Origin: Candidatus Micrarchaeia archaeon
GTDB lineage: Archaea; Micrarchaeota; Micrarchaeia; CABMEP01
Direction: 5' to 3'
NCBI GenBank assembly: GCA_038881595.1
Contig: JAVZPM010000004.1
Span: 1-64,000 of the forward strand
DNA: 64,000 bases
The notes under the pieces are model-generated. The model made no database searches. It saw only the letters and a list, made by a program, of their open reading frames with translations, and had not been told where the DNA came from. This document shows positions 36,644-47,139 of this stretch, in pieces. Positions within the stretch are counted from its first letter, which is position 1; every line of letters begins with the position of its first letter. Position numbers and translations under genes: made by a program.

Positions 36644-37061
36644 ACCAACCCAACTCTCTTGATAATTGACCTATAGAAATATAATTTCTTGGAATGTTTC
36701 TCTTAACTTCAATTGCCTCTCCAAGTTTTGAGGCAAATTCTTCTGGAACTCCCATGTAAACTCTTATTCTTTTATATGCTTGCCTTCCAGTTGCTTTATC
36801 ATATGGAAGCATTCCTCTTATTATCCTTCTTACAAGCATATCTGGCCTTCTTGGCCACTTTGGAGACTTTTCTGGATCTGCTTTATTCTTAAGACTTCTT
36901 CTGACTTTATATTTCTCAACAATCTGTCTTGGATTTCCAGATATGATTATCTTTTCAGCATTAACAACTGTAACTTGCTCACCTTTTAATGCAGATTTTG
37001 CTGCGATAGCTGCCATTCTTCCAAGAATCGCTCCTTCGCCATTTATTATCATATTTAACAC
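36630..37061 (-). CDS. rpl13: 50S ribosomal protein uL13
   Basis: ILGRMA, VNAEK.IISG and RR.IRGMLP. Confidence 0.96.
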   Translation of the reverse strand: MLNMIINGEGAILGRMAAIAAKSALKGEQVTVVNAEKIIISGNPRQIVEKYKVRRSLKNKADPEKSPKWPRRPDMLVRRIIRGMLPYDKATGRQAYKRIRVYMGVPEEFASKLGEAIEVKRNIPRNYISIGQLSRELGWYGKA

Positions 37062-37087
37062 CCAATAATCTTAAAGACAAATCTCTA

Positions 37088-37438
37088 TTACTTTATTAAT
37101 ATAACATCTTTCGCTCCTCTTTTGACAAGCCAATCAAAATCATGGATTTGACTTCCGCTTGCCTTGATCTTCTTAGAAGCAACATCACTGAAAGACAATG
37201 CAACCAAATCAATCTTGTGCTTTAGTTCCCCACCTGCAAGAACTTTACCTGGAACAACTACTATGGAATTTGGTTTTGAATATCTTGAAATCTTGCTTAG
37301 ATTAACACATATCTGTTTTCTTCTTGGCATCTTCAAGTACTTTGATAATACCTTAAATAAACCTCCCTTTCCTTTTGAAAGAGATTTTAACGCTCTTATT
37401 GTTTCGATTTTCTCTGGTCCTTTCATCATAATCAACAC
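37088..37438 (-). CDS. rpl18e: 50S ribosomal protein eL18
   Basis: VNLSKI.R and VVVPGKVL. Confidence 0.93.
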   Translation of the reverse strand: MLIMMKGPEKIETIRALKSLSKGKGGLFKVLSKYLKMPRRKQICVNLSKISRYSKPNSIVVVPGKVLAGGELKHKIDLVALSFSDVASKKIKASGSQIHDFDWLVKRGAKDVILIK

Positions 37439-37510
37439 CTAATAAACATCATGAAATCCATATAGATCATTTATTTCTTAACATTTTTTTCGAACGAATC
37501 CAGGTCATCA

Positions 37511-37629
37511 TGCAGGGGGTGGGATTTCCAAAAACTTTCTTATTGAAGAAAGTTCAATTTGAACCCACGCAGCCACTACGGCACCAACCCCTCAAGCTGG
37601 CGCATTTGACCTGGCTCTGCCACCCCTGC
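37511..37629 (-). tRNA. tRNA-Leu(GAG) with a 33-nt T-loop intron (~59/60; 37525-37557)
   Basis: Acceptor GCAGGGG/CCCCTGC, anticodon arm CCAGC-TTGAGGG-GTTGG and a long variable arm. The intron forms a hairpin with a BHB-like junction (TTCA/TGGA). Confidence 0.9.
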
Positions 37630-37661
37630 AGATTAACATAAGCTCAGAGGCATAAGCCTTT

Positions 37662-38228
37662 TCATTCCTCCAAAGAGGATTCCACATTTTCTGCGGACTC
37701 CTTTATTTTGGCAAGCGCCTTCTTGAGAATCATCTCAGCTGTCATTTGACCGTATGATTCTATCTTGAACTTGAAATCGTTACCGTTTTTTTCATATGCG
37801 ATTATTCCTGGCTGGTGCCTTGCGTGCACTCTACCTGGTGCAAGAACAGCCTTGCACTCCATTCTTATATTTTGATCATCTAATAACTTTATTATCGGCA
37901 TTTTTGGATAAACTGGAACTACGTTTTTATCTGTTGATTTTAAGCTTTCTGCATATATTATTCCAGGACCTGTCACATCCAACATTAAAGTTACTTCTTC
38001 TCCTTCTTTAGCTTTTGGAGGGGATGAAAGAGGAATCAAACCAAGCCTATGTGTTATGTACTCATCAAAAAAGGATGAGTTGTTCTCGTATATCGAAACC
38101 TCTGAAATTGCAAATACAGGTACTGAATTGATTGAATACCTTCTTATAAGATTTGCAATAGATGTTGGTGCGTCACTTAAGGTAAATATCATTTCATCCG
38201 GATTGTTTAATTCAACATTGATTTTCAT
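37662..38228 (-). CDS. rpoD: RNA polymerase subunit D (Rpo3), short form
   Basis: ANLIRR, NNSS.FDE.I.HRLGLIPL and HARHQP. Confidence 0.95.
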   Translation of the reverse strand: MKINVELNNPDEMIFTLSDAPTSIANLIRRYSINSVPVFAISEVSIYENNSSFFDEYITHRLGLIPLSSPPKAKEGEEVTLMLDVTGPGIIYAESLKSTDKNVVPVYPKMPIIKLLDDQNIRMECKAVLAPGRVHARHQPGIIAYEKNGNDFKFKIESYGQMTAEMILKKALAKIKESAENVESSLEE

Positions 38229-38281
38229 TCAATTCCCTCTCGATAGAATTGAAATAAGCGTATAGATATTATACATATCGC

Positions 38282-38851
38282 TTATACTCTTCTTCCTCTT
38301 CTTCCACCTGGCCTCTTTGTTGTATCAGTTGGAACAGGTGTGACGTCCTCTATTCTCTCTATTCTTAAACCTGAACGTGCAAGTGCTCTTACTGCTGCCT
38401 GTGCTCCCGGCCCTGGTGTCTTTTCATTGTGTCCTCCTGGAGCTCTGATTTTAACTCGAATTCTTGTTATACCTTTTCTCAATGCAATTTCTGCAGCCTT
38501 TGCTGTTGCTCTCATTGCAGCGAATGGTGATCCTTCTTCTCTGTCTGCATCTACCACCATTCCACCACTTCCTCTTGCAATTATCTCTGCACCACTTAGA
38601 TCAGTTATTGTAATGATTGTATTATTTCTTGATGAATAAATATGTGCGATTCCAACCTTTCCTTGACCGGACGGGAGAACAGACCTTGACTTAAATCTTC
38701 CCCCTCCTTTCTGCTTTCTGAACTTAAATCCTTCTTTTTTCTCTTCTTTTTCTTCGCTCTCTGTTTTTTTCTCTTCGTCTTCAATTGGTTTAACCTGTTC
38801 TTTTTCCTTCAGAACTAATTTTTCTTTTGATTCTTCTGCCATAAACATCAA
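38282..38851 (-). CDS. rps11: 30S ribosomal protein uS11
   Basis: [20 protein letters not shown] and IEDVTP.P. Confidence 0.97.
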   Translation of the reverse strand: MMFMAEESKEKLVLKEKEQVKPIEDEEKKTESEEKEEKKEGFKFRKQKGGGRFKSRSVLPSGQGKVGIAHIYSSRNNTIITITDLSGAEIIARGSGGMVVDADREEGSPFAAMRATAKAAEIALRKGITRIRVKIRAPGGHNEKTPGPGAQAAVRALARSGLRIERIEDVTPVPTDTTKRPGGRRGRRV

Positions 38852-38872
38852 CCCTATACAAATACATAATTA

Positions 38873-39427
38873 TTATTCAGCCTCAGCCTGTGGCTTTTGA
38901 GACTTCCATTCTGCTTTTTCAGTCAGATCTAAATTTATTGGTTTATAATAACCAACTTTAGACTGCATATCAACAGATACTTGATAACTTGGAGATCTTA
39001 CTTTTCTTCCGTTGACTGAAATGTATCCATGCGTTATCAACTGTCTTGCCTGTCTCATTGACTTTGCAAGACCATTTCTTACAACTATAGTTTGAAGTCT
39101 TCTTTCAAGTATATCTCTTGTTGTAAGTGAGAGAATATCATCTGGGACTGCAGTTGGTTTGCAGTAGCCAGCCTTTATAACTCTTTGAAGGAGCTCTTGT
39201 TTTGGCTTGTTTCCTGCCTCACCAAGAGCAAGTAAAGCCTTGTATTCATTTCTTATTTTCCTAAGCAATGATTTTGCAACCCATACTTCTCTTATATTCT
39301 TTAATCCATATTCCTCAACCATGGATCCTTCTTCTTCAATTCTCGCAGAATCCCACAACTGCTGAGGCACTTCGTATTTCTTTCTCAATTTTCTTGGATC
39401 TCCCATAAATATCACTTCTATAAACAA
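38873..39427 (-). CDS. rps4: 30S ribosomal protein uS4 (start probably 39406)
   Basis: MGDP, YGLKN.RE, LERRLQT and ARQLITHG. Confidence 0.96.
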   Translation of the reverse strand: MFIEVIFMGDPRKLRKKYEVPQQLWDSARIEEEGSMVEEYGLKNIREVWVAKSLLRKIRNEYKALLALGEAGNKPKQELLQRVIKAGYCKPTAVPDDILSLTTRDILERRLQTIVVRNGLAKSMRQARQLITHGYISVNGRKVRSPSYQVSVDMQSKVGYYKPINLDLTEKAEWKSQKPQAEAE

Positions 39428-39443
39428 ACCTAATTAAATATGA

Positions 39444-40010
39444 CTACTTCTTTGCTTGAGTTGACTTGGATTCAGCTTGCTTAGCTGATCCACCTGGGAG
39501 TGTTTTTGATCTTATAACTCCCACAGTAAGTCCTTTTCTTCCAGATGTTCTTGTTCCCTGGCCTCTTACCTTCTGTCCATACGCATGTCTATATCCTCTC
39601 CAAGTGTATAATGTTTTGTGTCTTTCGATGTCATTTCTTGTTGTAAATGCTACGTCTGGACCTGCTACATGAATATCTTTGCCTGACTCTAGATCTTTTC
39701 TTCTATTATAAAGATATGATGGTATATTATACTTTGCTGGATTTTTTATCATCTCTTCTATTTTTTCAACCTGCTCCTCACTGAGTTTTCCTATTTGAAT
39801 ATTCTTTGGAATGTTCATTTCTTTTGCTATTACATTTGCAAAAACATTAGACAGATTTTGTCCTACTCCTTTAACCTGTCTAAGTGCATCTCTAAGCATT
39901 ATTTGTCCTTTTACATCCTTTCCAAGGATGTGCACTATTCCTCTAAAATCCTCCGATTCCTTCGGAGTTGATTTTGGATTTTGAACATTATCTTTTACCA
40001 TTCTATTCAC
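39444..40010 (-). CDS. rps13: 30S ribosomal protein uS13
   Basis: KGVG, NRRKD and WRGYRH..GQKVRGQ.T. Confidence 0.96.
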   Translation of the reverse strand: MNRMVKDNVQNPKSTPKESEDFRGIVHILGKDVKGQIMLRDALRQVKGVGQNLSNVFANVIAKEMNIPKNIQIGKLSEEQVEKIEEMIKNPAKYNIPSYLYNRRKDLESGKDIHVAGPDVAFTTRNDIERHKTLYTWRGYRHAYGQKVRGQGTRTSGRKGLTVGVIRSKTLPGGSAKQAESKSTQAKK

Positions 40011-40091
40011 TCTTTATACGGATTAAATATGATACCGTTTAACGCTTATTAAGTATAAGCAACATTGAAATTTAATTCTGTAAGAAGAATG

Positions 40092-40119
40092 AGATGCCTA
40101 AGACTAGTCTTATGCATCT
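40092..40119. repeat. 28-bp near-perfect palindrome in the rps13 leader
   Basis: AGATGCC-TAAGACTAGTCTTA-TGCATCT, with a perfect 14-bp core. Confidence 0.85.
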
Positions 40120-40232
40120 TCTATACTTACATTAAATGTAGAAGTATAATATATTATCATAAACAACTTTTTAAATATTACTATAGACCTATTCCGATTA
40201 GATATTTAAATACGTTTTATTTTCTGTTTAAG

Positions 40233-40352
40233 CGCGGAGAGTGGGATTTGAACCCACAAGGCCCTTTCGGACCACAAGCTTCCTGGCGAATACAAGCATT
40301 GCCAGATCAAACATTTCCAGGCTTGCGCACTACCAGGTTATGCGATCTCCGC
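40233..40352 (-). tRNA. tRNA-Ser(GGA) with a 34-nt canonical intron at 37/38 (40281-40314)
   Basis: Acceptor GCGGAGA/TCTCCGC, CAAGC-CTGGAA^...^A-GCTTG, BHB helix CTGG/CCAG, long variable arm and G discriminator. Confidence 0.92.
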
Positions 40353-40467
40353 ATTTAAATTTTAATATATAATTACAAGATAAAATTTTTATATTTTGAT
40401 AGTAGAAATTTGATTTTCTCTTTTCTTTTTTATATCTCTCCTCTGATTTATTTTTATTTAAAAGATC

Positions 40468-41436
40468 TTACTTTTTCTGCCACTTCGGATAAATTCCTCG
40501 TGGCATTATTATTCTAAGCGTTTTTGTAACTTGTTTGTTCTCTACCTCTATCAGATCTTCTGAAGAATATAAAGAAGACGCAAAACCTATAAGTTCATCC
40601 TTAAGCGTCATAATCGCTACTGTTTCTCCTTCTTTTATTCCTTGATTAAATGCAACTACTCCAGGTTCCATAAGTTGAGCGCCAGAACATAATGGATCGA
40701 CAGCATAATCTGAAACCCAGATAAATTTAATCCCAAATTTATCTAATACATCTTCTATTGGGAAAACATATTCTCTTAAAAGCCTATCATCGTTTTCCTG
40801 TTTAAACAGCCATGAAGCCTCTGCAAGCTTATGAAGAGTTATCGAATCATTCTCAGTCAAATCCATTACAGAAATCCTTCTTAAATCAGTCATATTTGCT
40901 CCTGCTCCCAAATACTGACCTATATCATGGACTAGCTTTCTTATGTAAGTGCCTGCCTCAACTTTGGCACGAAAGAGAATGTCTCTTCCATCCATTTCGA
41001 TTATTTCTAATTCGTAGATTTTTCTCTTTCTTGGTTTTCTTGCAACTGCAGATTTTACTGGTGGAATCTGTGTTATCTCTCCTTTAAACTTTTCAAATGA
41101 ATCCTTTATCTTTTGCTCTTCAACGTTTTTATGCAGGTGCATTACTCCTATGTACTCTTTATCCTTATTCAGATATGATGCAGCATAAACAGACGAACCA
41201 AGCAGAATTGGAAGAACACCTGATACTTCAGGATCAAGTGTTCCAGTGTGGCCTGCTTTTTTCACACCTAGGATTTTTCGTATCTGAGCGACTGCTTGAT
41301 GGCTGGTTGGACCTTTTGGCTTGTCTAAATTTATAAAACCAGTGTTCAAAAGCTGTTCGATTGTCCTCTTTCTAGGTGGAACGCCGTAGGCTGGATTTGA
41401 TTTAAAATCTCTCTTTATATAAACTAATTCATCCAT
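40468..41436 (-). CDS. cbf5: H/ACA pseudouridine synthase Cbf5
   Basis: DKP.GPTSHQ, GHTGTLDP and GTYIRKL motifs plus a PUA domain. Confidence 0.95.
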   Translation of the reverse strand: MDELVYIKRDFKSNPAYGVPPRKRTIEQLLNTGFINLDKPKGPTSHQAVAQIRKILGVKKAGHTGTLDPEVSGVLPILLGSSVYAASYLNKDKEYIGVMHLHKNVEEQKIKDSFEKFKGEITQIPPVKSAVARKPRKRKIYELEIIEMDGRDILFRAKVEAGTYIRKLVHDIGQYLGAGANMTDLRRISVMDLTENDSITLHKLAEASWLFKQENDDRLLREYVFPIEDVLDKFGIKFIWVSDYAVDPLCSGAQLMEPGVVAFNQGIKEGETVAIMTLKDELIGFASSLYSSEDLIEVENKQVTKTLRIIMPRGIYPKWQKK

Positions 41437-41534
41437 ACTGGCACCAAATAAAAATACCGAAAGATTGTATTAAATTAAAATAAGAATGAAAAGAAATAAA
41501 AATTAGTGCAAAATTAAAGATGAACGGTTGTGTC

Positions 41535-41747
41535 TTATTCGTTAAGAGCTGCCTTTATCTCTTCTTCTGACTTTGGATTTACTTTTTTACCCAAGGGAGA
41601 GAGATGTAGTATGTTTGCCTTTCTTGCTTGTTTCCTTTTCTTTGAAACTATCTCGACGAACTGATTATCTAATACATTGATTACAACACATTTTTCTCCA
41701 GCATCTCTTCCTGTTTTCTTAATACAAACCATACCTTCTTCTATCAT
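41535..41747 (-). CDS. rpl14e: 50S ribosomal protein eL14
   Basis: G.VCIK..GRDAG.KCVV and RKANI.HL.P. Confidence 0.93.
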   Translation of the reverse strand: MIEEGMVCIKKTGRDAGEKCVVINVLDNQFVEIVSKKRKQARKANILHLSPLGKKVNPKSEEEIKAALNE

Positions 41748-41848
41748 GATATCACCTGACTGAAAATGTTTAATTCTATTACGAATTTTACAGATTTAAT
41801 ATGCTTAATTAATATGTTACAATATTATTAAACTTATCATCTTCAAAT

Positions 41849-43399
41849 TTATTCTTCGTATGTTTTTTCAATAACTGCGTTATATACTAAAGTAGTTATA
41901 GCAAGACCAAGTAGTGCACCTAATAGCGTTGCTGTTGCAAATCCTATAATCTCAACTATATTTGAAAACATAAGAGGAAGCATAACTACAGTAAGCACTC
42001 CGACGTCTCTGCTTATGATGTATTTTGCCTTTTCAAGCCTTCTTTTAGCTTCGTCTCTTCCACCAGCACTTCTTCCTAGAATCTCATCAGTTATAACTAT
42101 CTGGTAGTCAACTGAGGTTCCTAATGTTCCGAATAATCCTGCGATTGTTGATAGATCAAGTGTTCCAACAGCTGCCATGAATGAAATCAATATTATCATC
42201 TGAGTGGTAGCAACAAAAACAAGAGGGAAAATATGTTCGGGATGTCTGTACCTAAAGGCAATGAATAGAAGAACAATTACTCCTGCTACAATCATTCCTA
42301 TGATACTGTAATTAAGAAACTCATTACCTAAAGAAGGTGGCACATATATTATACTTCCTAATTCAATAGAAACTGGAAGAGCACCTCCACTGAGAATACT
42401 TTTTATCCTCTTCATCTCTGCGATTGCATATTCCTGCCTCTCTTGATACGTATCACCTTTTGCAGTTCCTTCTATGCTAAACTGCTGCGAGGTCTGTCCT
42501 GTTGCAAGTGCAGGACTAAGCGTCGGAGCTGAAAGAAGACCTATTGCGCTCCATTGATTCACTGTTATTCCTTCAAGCCCCATGTTTATTACTTCTGGAA
42601 TGAATTCAGAAGTAGGTTTTGAAATAACCTTATATGATTTATCAAATTTAGAAATTAAAACTGAATCTTCCTGTGAAATAATTATCTTTGTCTTATTTTG
42701 AGATAAGATTAACGCAACTTGAGCCTCTACATCATCGTTTGGATCCACAAATACTACTGAATTATGACCATATGATGCAACTGTTAAAAGCTGCTTTTTA
42801 ACATCTTCTATTGGAACAGTAATGTTTTCGAGATAAATTTCTCTCATAACAATTACTGAATCCTCTGCCTTATCTAGAAATAAATAAACAGGATAGTTGG
42901 CCTTTCCATATGCAGCATTAGCAAATTTCTTAGCTCCTTCTTGGTTGACAACGAATCCCACTCCCCATCTTATATTACTTCCGCTCACTGAAGGCATGTC
43001 TCTAATGCTTCCACTTATTATGTGCTCTCCAGTTATTGCAGTTGTTCCATCAATTATAGCTTCAAATTTTCCTTCAGAACTGAGAATGTCCTTAACCTGT
43101 TGAATGTAGGCTTGATCAGAAGAAGCTGGAAGCTCAACATAAACCTGCTGGTCACCAACTGAGCGAACTACAACCTGGCTTAATCCAAATTTGCTTACTC
43201 TTAGTTTTATTGTATTTACAATTTCATCCATGGTTGCCTTTGAAACTGGTTTTTCAAGAGTGATTGGAATTCTTGTTCCTCCTGTAAATTCCAATCCAAA
43301 ATTAGCTCCCTTAAAATAGAGAAGCAAAAGCATAGCTGCTGTTAGCAGCATTATGAATATTACACGTTTATCTTTTAACCAGGCGAGCGAGATTTTCAT
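41849..43399 (-). CDS. secD: Protein translocase subunit SecD (archaeal type)
   Basis: GLEFTGG, L..GALP, V.PSLG and GTSVD.QI.ITDE motifs plus C-terminal TM helices. Confidence 0.88.
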   Translation of the reverse strand: MKISLAWLKDKRVIFIMLLTAAMLLLLYFKGANFGLEFTGGTRIPITLEKPVSKATMDEIVNTIKLRVSKFGLSQVVVRSVGDQQVYVELPASSDQAYIQQVKDILSSEGKFEAIIDGTTAITGEHIISGSIRDMPSVSGSNIRWGVGFVVNQEGAKKFANAAYGKANYPVYLFLDKAEDSVIVMREIYLENITVPIEDVKKQLLTVASYGHNSVVFVDPNDDVEAQVALILSQNKTKIIISQEDSVLISKFDKSYKVISKPTSEFIPEVINMGLEGITVNQWSAIGLLSAPTLSPALATGQTSQQFSIEGTAKGDTYQERQEYAIAEMKRIKSILSGGALPVSIELGSIIYVPPSLGNEFLNYSIIGMIVAGVIVLLFIAFRYRHPEHIFPLVFVATTQMIILISFMAAVGTLDLSTIAGLFGTLGTSVDYQIVITDEILGRSAGGRDEAKRRLEKAKYIISRDVGVLTVVMLPLMFSNIVEIIGFATATLLGALLGLAITTLVYNAVIEKTYEE

Positions 43400-44549
43400 A
43401 TTTGCCCTCCAAATACCAAAGTATCAAAACTGAATTAAGGCACCAGGTAGCAATGAGATCTCCTATTAGACCTGCAACTGCTACGGAACCGATCTGGTAA
43501 TAAGTTGGAATGTGAGTGTACATTCCTAAAAACATTAATATTGCAAATGCCACTATAACTGTAGTAGTCATTGCAAAACCTGTTCTAAATGCATCATATG
43601 CTCTTTCTCTTGGAGTTCCTTCTCTTCTTTTAACTGTTTTAATTGTAAGCATCATGTCAGTATCTAATGAAAGAGCTGCCAATGTCATCAATGTAACGAA
43701 AGAAGCAAGAGTTAGTGGGATTCCAAAAAATGCCATTGCTCCTAAAGCCATTATAATATCAGATGTTGCTCCTACAAGAACTGCAAAAGATGGAATGAAT
43801 GTTCTGAATATTAGAAATACCACCACAATCGCCAAGAGAGCAGAGATCAATGCTATGTTAAGCACCTTGCTTACGAAAAGTCTGCTTAATGCAGGACTTA
43901 CTTCCTCTAATTTCATATCTGAATTACTAATAGAAGAAGATAAAGCAGAAATTAACCTATCCTTGTAAACAACTTTTGCCTCTGAAAAGACTGTATTTGC
44001 TGCTTTCATTATTTTGGATATTTCATCTGAACTTTCCGGTTGCGTAACAGCTTTTCTTCCCATTAACTCCTCTGATAGTGAAAATATTTGAGATTGGAGT
44101 TCTTTTGCCTTAATTGATAGAGATCTGAGCTTTGCTTCATCTTCTGCTATCTTGGATGAAAGATCTTTTCCTGTTGTTTGTTGCTCAGATCTTAATCTCG
44201 CAAGCTCGCTCTCAATTGTGCTTGAATCCTTAAGAAGTAACTCCATCTCGATAAGCTTGTCATCTATTTCTGTTACTCTCCTATCCGTAGCTATCTCAAT
44301 CTCAATGATATTTCCGTTTGGTGTTTTATATAATCTTACTTCTGCATCATAAATATTGTTCTGTGAGAGAATTTCCTTTACCTGTTGATTGCTTATCTGT
44401 TCTTGTGTTTGAATTGTTATTAGCATTCCTCCCTTAAGATCTATTCCATACCTTAAATTAGGTATTAAAAATAAACTTATTAGTATAAGTGCAAGAGGAA
44501 ATATGATAAGCAAACTGTAATTTCCTTCGTATATATTAGGAAGTTTCAA
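43368..44549 (-). CDS. secF: Protein translocase subunit SecF (archaeal type; TTG start)
   Basis: GIDLKGG, FRTFIPS.AV, SLDTDM.LT and GLIGDL..TW..N. Confidence 0.88.
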   Translation of the reverse strand: MKLPNIYEGNYSLLIIFPLALILISLFLIPNLRYGIDLKGGMLITIQTQEQISNQQVKEILSQNNIYDAEVRLYKTPNGNIIEIEIATDRRVTEIDDKLIEMELLLKDSSTIESELARLRSEQQTTGKDLSSKIAEDEAKLRSLSIKAKELQSQIFSLSEELMGRKAVTQPESSDEISKIMKAANTVFSEAKVVYKDRLISALSSSISNSDMKLEEVSPALSRLFVSKVLNIALISALLAIVVVFLIFRTFIPSFAVLVGATSDIIMALGAMAFFGIPLTLASFVTLMTLAALSLDTDMMLTIKTVKRREGTPRERAYDAFRTGFAMTTTVIVAFAILMFLGMYTHIPTYYQIGSVAVAGLIGDLIATWCLNSVLILWYLEGKYENLARLVKR

Positions 44550-44766
44550 TTAAACACCTTCTATTGAAAATTTAACAACTATTTCATCATTTCAAGAGAA
44601 TCAGAACCTGATTCACTTAATGAATAGAATTGATTACAAGTAATATATATTTGTATAAAAATATTTAAAAGATATGTTTATTTACTGGAATTTTTGTTTA
44701 TTTAATTAAGAATTACCAGAAATAAAGTTCCTTTAAATTTATATTTTTTTATATCTGATTTAAAGC

Positions 44767-46314
44767 ATGCAAATAATTCCTAGAGAATATCAAGAAAAAA
44801 TAGCAAAAAGTGCAATTGAAAAAAAGAATACGCTTATCGTACTGCCTACTGGTACTGGAAAAACAGTGATTGGTGCACTTATAATTGAACATTTTCTTAA
44901 AAAAGGAGAAAAATGCTTATTTCTAGCTCCAACTAAACCTCTTGTAAATCAGCATGAGAAAAAGTTGAAAGAATTCTTTTATGATTCTAATTATAAAATA
45001 TCTCAGGTAACAGGACAGAGTAACAAAAAAGAAAGACTACAAATTTATAAAGAAAATGATGTGGTTATTGCTACTCCTCAAACAGTTAAAAATGACATAG
45101 AAAAAACAGCAGTGGAAAATGAACCTGCCGGAATAATTTCCTCTTTTTCCTGCCTTATAATAGATGAGTGCCATAGAGCAGTAGGAAATTATGCATACAC
45201 ATACGTTACTAATGCGTTTTTTGAGCAAGAAAGAATTGAAAAAGAAAGTTTAATGAATACTAATAAAACAATAATTGGTTTAACTGCATCACCTGGAGGG
45301 AATGTTGAAAGAATAAAAGAAATAATGGATGCATTAAAAGTAGAAAATGTAGAAATAAGAACAGAAACTGATAAAGATTTACAAAAATACATTCCTAAAA
45401 AAGAAATTAAATGGATAGAAGTTGAACTAACACAAGAAATAAAGGATGCGATTTCTTTATTAAATGAATTGATGGATGAAAAAGCAAGGACACTAAATGA
45501 ATTAAATATAACTATATCAAAAAAGACGCCACGTGGAAGGCTTTCACAGATATATAAGAATTTGGTAGAAAATAGGCATATGGCTGCTCTTGGTCATTTT
45601 GCCATTTTTTACAATGCATTTCATGGAGTAGAACTTCTCGAAAGCGAAAGTCCTACTGCATATATTAAATTTTTAGAACGTCTTAAGGAAAGGAAAAAAA
45701 GAATCGATTGGAGATTCATACAAGCAGCAAACAAGGTTAAGAATATCGAACATCCTAAGATCGCTAAAATAATTGAACTGATAAAAGAGAGAGAAGGAAA
45801 GAAAATAATAGTTTTTGCCCAATACAGAGACCAAGTGCACCACATAGTTGAAAAATTAAAAGAGAATGGAATAAGTGCAAAAGAATTCTTAGGAAAAGGG
45901 AAAGAAGGAAGTGCGGCACATAAAAAACAAAAAGAAACAATAGCTGAGTTTGCTGATGGTAAGATTCAAGTTCTCGTTGCCTCCTCAATTGGTGAAGAGG
46001 GAATTGACATTCCATCTGCAGATACTGCAATTTTCTATGAACCTGTTCCAAGTGAAATAAGAATGATCCAAAGAAGGGGAAGAGTTGGAAGACTTAAAGA
46101 AGGAGAGATACTCATTTTGATAGCTAAAGGCACAAGAGATGAAATATTCAGATACGTATCTGCAGCAAAAGAAAGGAAAATGAAAAGAGTGATAAAAAAT
46201 ATTATTGAAAAAAAGAAACTCGAACAAAAAAACAATGAAAAAAATAAAGAAAAAAAGAAAAAAAATGAAACACCTATGATAAAACAGCAAAAAATTTTGG
46301 ATTATTTTAATTAA
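44767..46314 (+). CDS. Hef/FANCM/Mph1-like helicase without the ERCC4 nuclease domain
   Basis: LPTGTGKT, DECHRAVG.YAY, TASPG, EEGIDIP and QRRGRVGR motifs. Ends in the PIP-box-like QQKILDYF. Confidence 0.9.
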   Translation: MQIIPREYQEKIAKSAIEKKNTLIVLPTGTGKTVIGALIIEHFLKKGEKCLFLAPTKPLVNQHEKKLKEFFYDSNYKISQVTGQSNKKERLQIYKENDVVIATPQTVKNDIEKTAVENEPAGIISSFSCLIIDECHRAVGNYAYTYVTNAFFEQERIEKESLMNTNKTIIGLTASPGGNVERIKEIMDALKVENVEIRTETDKDLQKYIPKKEIKWIEVELTQEIKDAISLLNELMDEKARTLNELNITISKKTPRGRLSQIYKNLVENRHMAALGHFAIFYNAFHGVELLESESPTAYIKFLERLKERKKRIDWRFIQAANKVKNIEHPKIAKIIELIKEREGKKIIVFAQYRDQVHHIVEKLKENGISAKEFLGKGKEGSAAHKKQKETIAEFADGKIQVLVASSIGEEGIDIPSADTAIFYEPVPSEIRMIQRRGRVGRLKEGEILILIAKGTRDEIFRYVSAAKERKMKRVIKNIIEKKKLEQKNNEKNKEKKKKNETPMIKQQKILDYFN

Positions 46315-46458
46315 TAAGTAAAAAGATAGTTGAACATATATAATGCAACCAATGGCAAATAGATAATTTATATCTAATATATTTTCATTCCACTATTAAT
46401 GAAAAGCCTAAAATTAAAAAAGCGAAAGAATTAAATACTTGATTGATGTTTTAAGAAC

Positions 46459-47079
46459 ATGACAAACTATAATCAAAATTTTAATTATAAAAACTATGAT
46501 GAGTTTGATGATATATTTGAAAAAGAAGAAAAAGACGCAAAAAAAATAAAATCCAGACAAATGAATAATACTTACTTACTAAATGAAACTATAATGAGAA
46601 TATCAAAATCAGAGATATACAAAGACTATTACGAATTGAAACCTTTTATAGATTTAGCAAACAAATTTAAAGAAAGTGAAATTGCAATTAGTATAATTCA
46701 TAATTGCCACGCTATGAGAATAAACAATAATCATCCTTCAACTACAAAAAGAGTTGCAGCTGCTATTGAAAAAGCGTTAGGTGGTTCTTATTCTATAAAA
46801 ATGCTTGAACAAATAGCAGAACTTCTATCTTCTAGAGACACTTATGATATAAAAGATGATGAGATAAAAGAAATAAAGGAAAAGATAAAAAAACAAAAAT
46901 CTTCGATTAAAGCTCGCTTAAATACAATAAAAGAAAATAGGAAAAAACAAAAAGAAGAGATAGACGACATGTATGAAGAAAAAATGCCTTCTAAAAAGGA
47001 ATTGAAAAAAATCGAAAGAGAATTTGGAAAAATAATAAATAGAAAAGATGAAGAAATAGACATAGATCAAATAGAATGA
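46459..47079 (+). CDS. Hypothetical protein
   Basis: 206-aa charged ORF with a leaderless BRE/TATA promoter. Confidence 0.65.
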   Translation: MTNYNQNFNYKNYDEFDDIFEKEEKDAKKIKSRQMNNTYLLNETIMRISKSEIYKDYYELKPFIDLANKFKESEIAISIIHNCHAMRINNNHPSTTKRVAAAIEKALGGSYSIKMLEQIAELLSSRDTYDIKDDEIKEIKEKIKKQKSSIKARLNTIKENRKKQKEEIDDMYEEKMPSKKELKKIEREFGKIINRKDEEIDIDQIE

Positions 47080-47139
47080 TTATTAAAACATCTATTCTAT
47101 TATCTATTTGATATTCTGTCTGCTTATTGATCTTATTCT

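Noticed and set aside
40065..40358. 97-aa plus-strand ORF in the track
   Set aside because: It is antisense to tRNA-Ser and the rps13 leader, so it is a shadow ORF.
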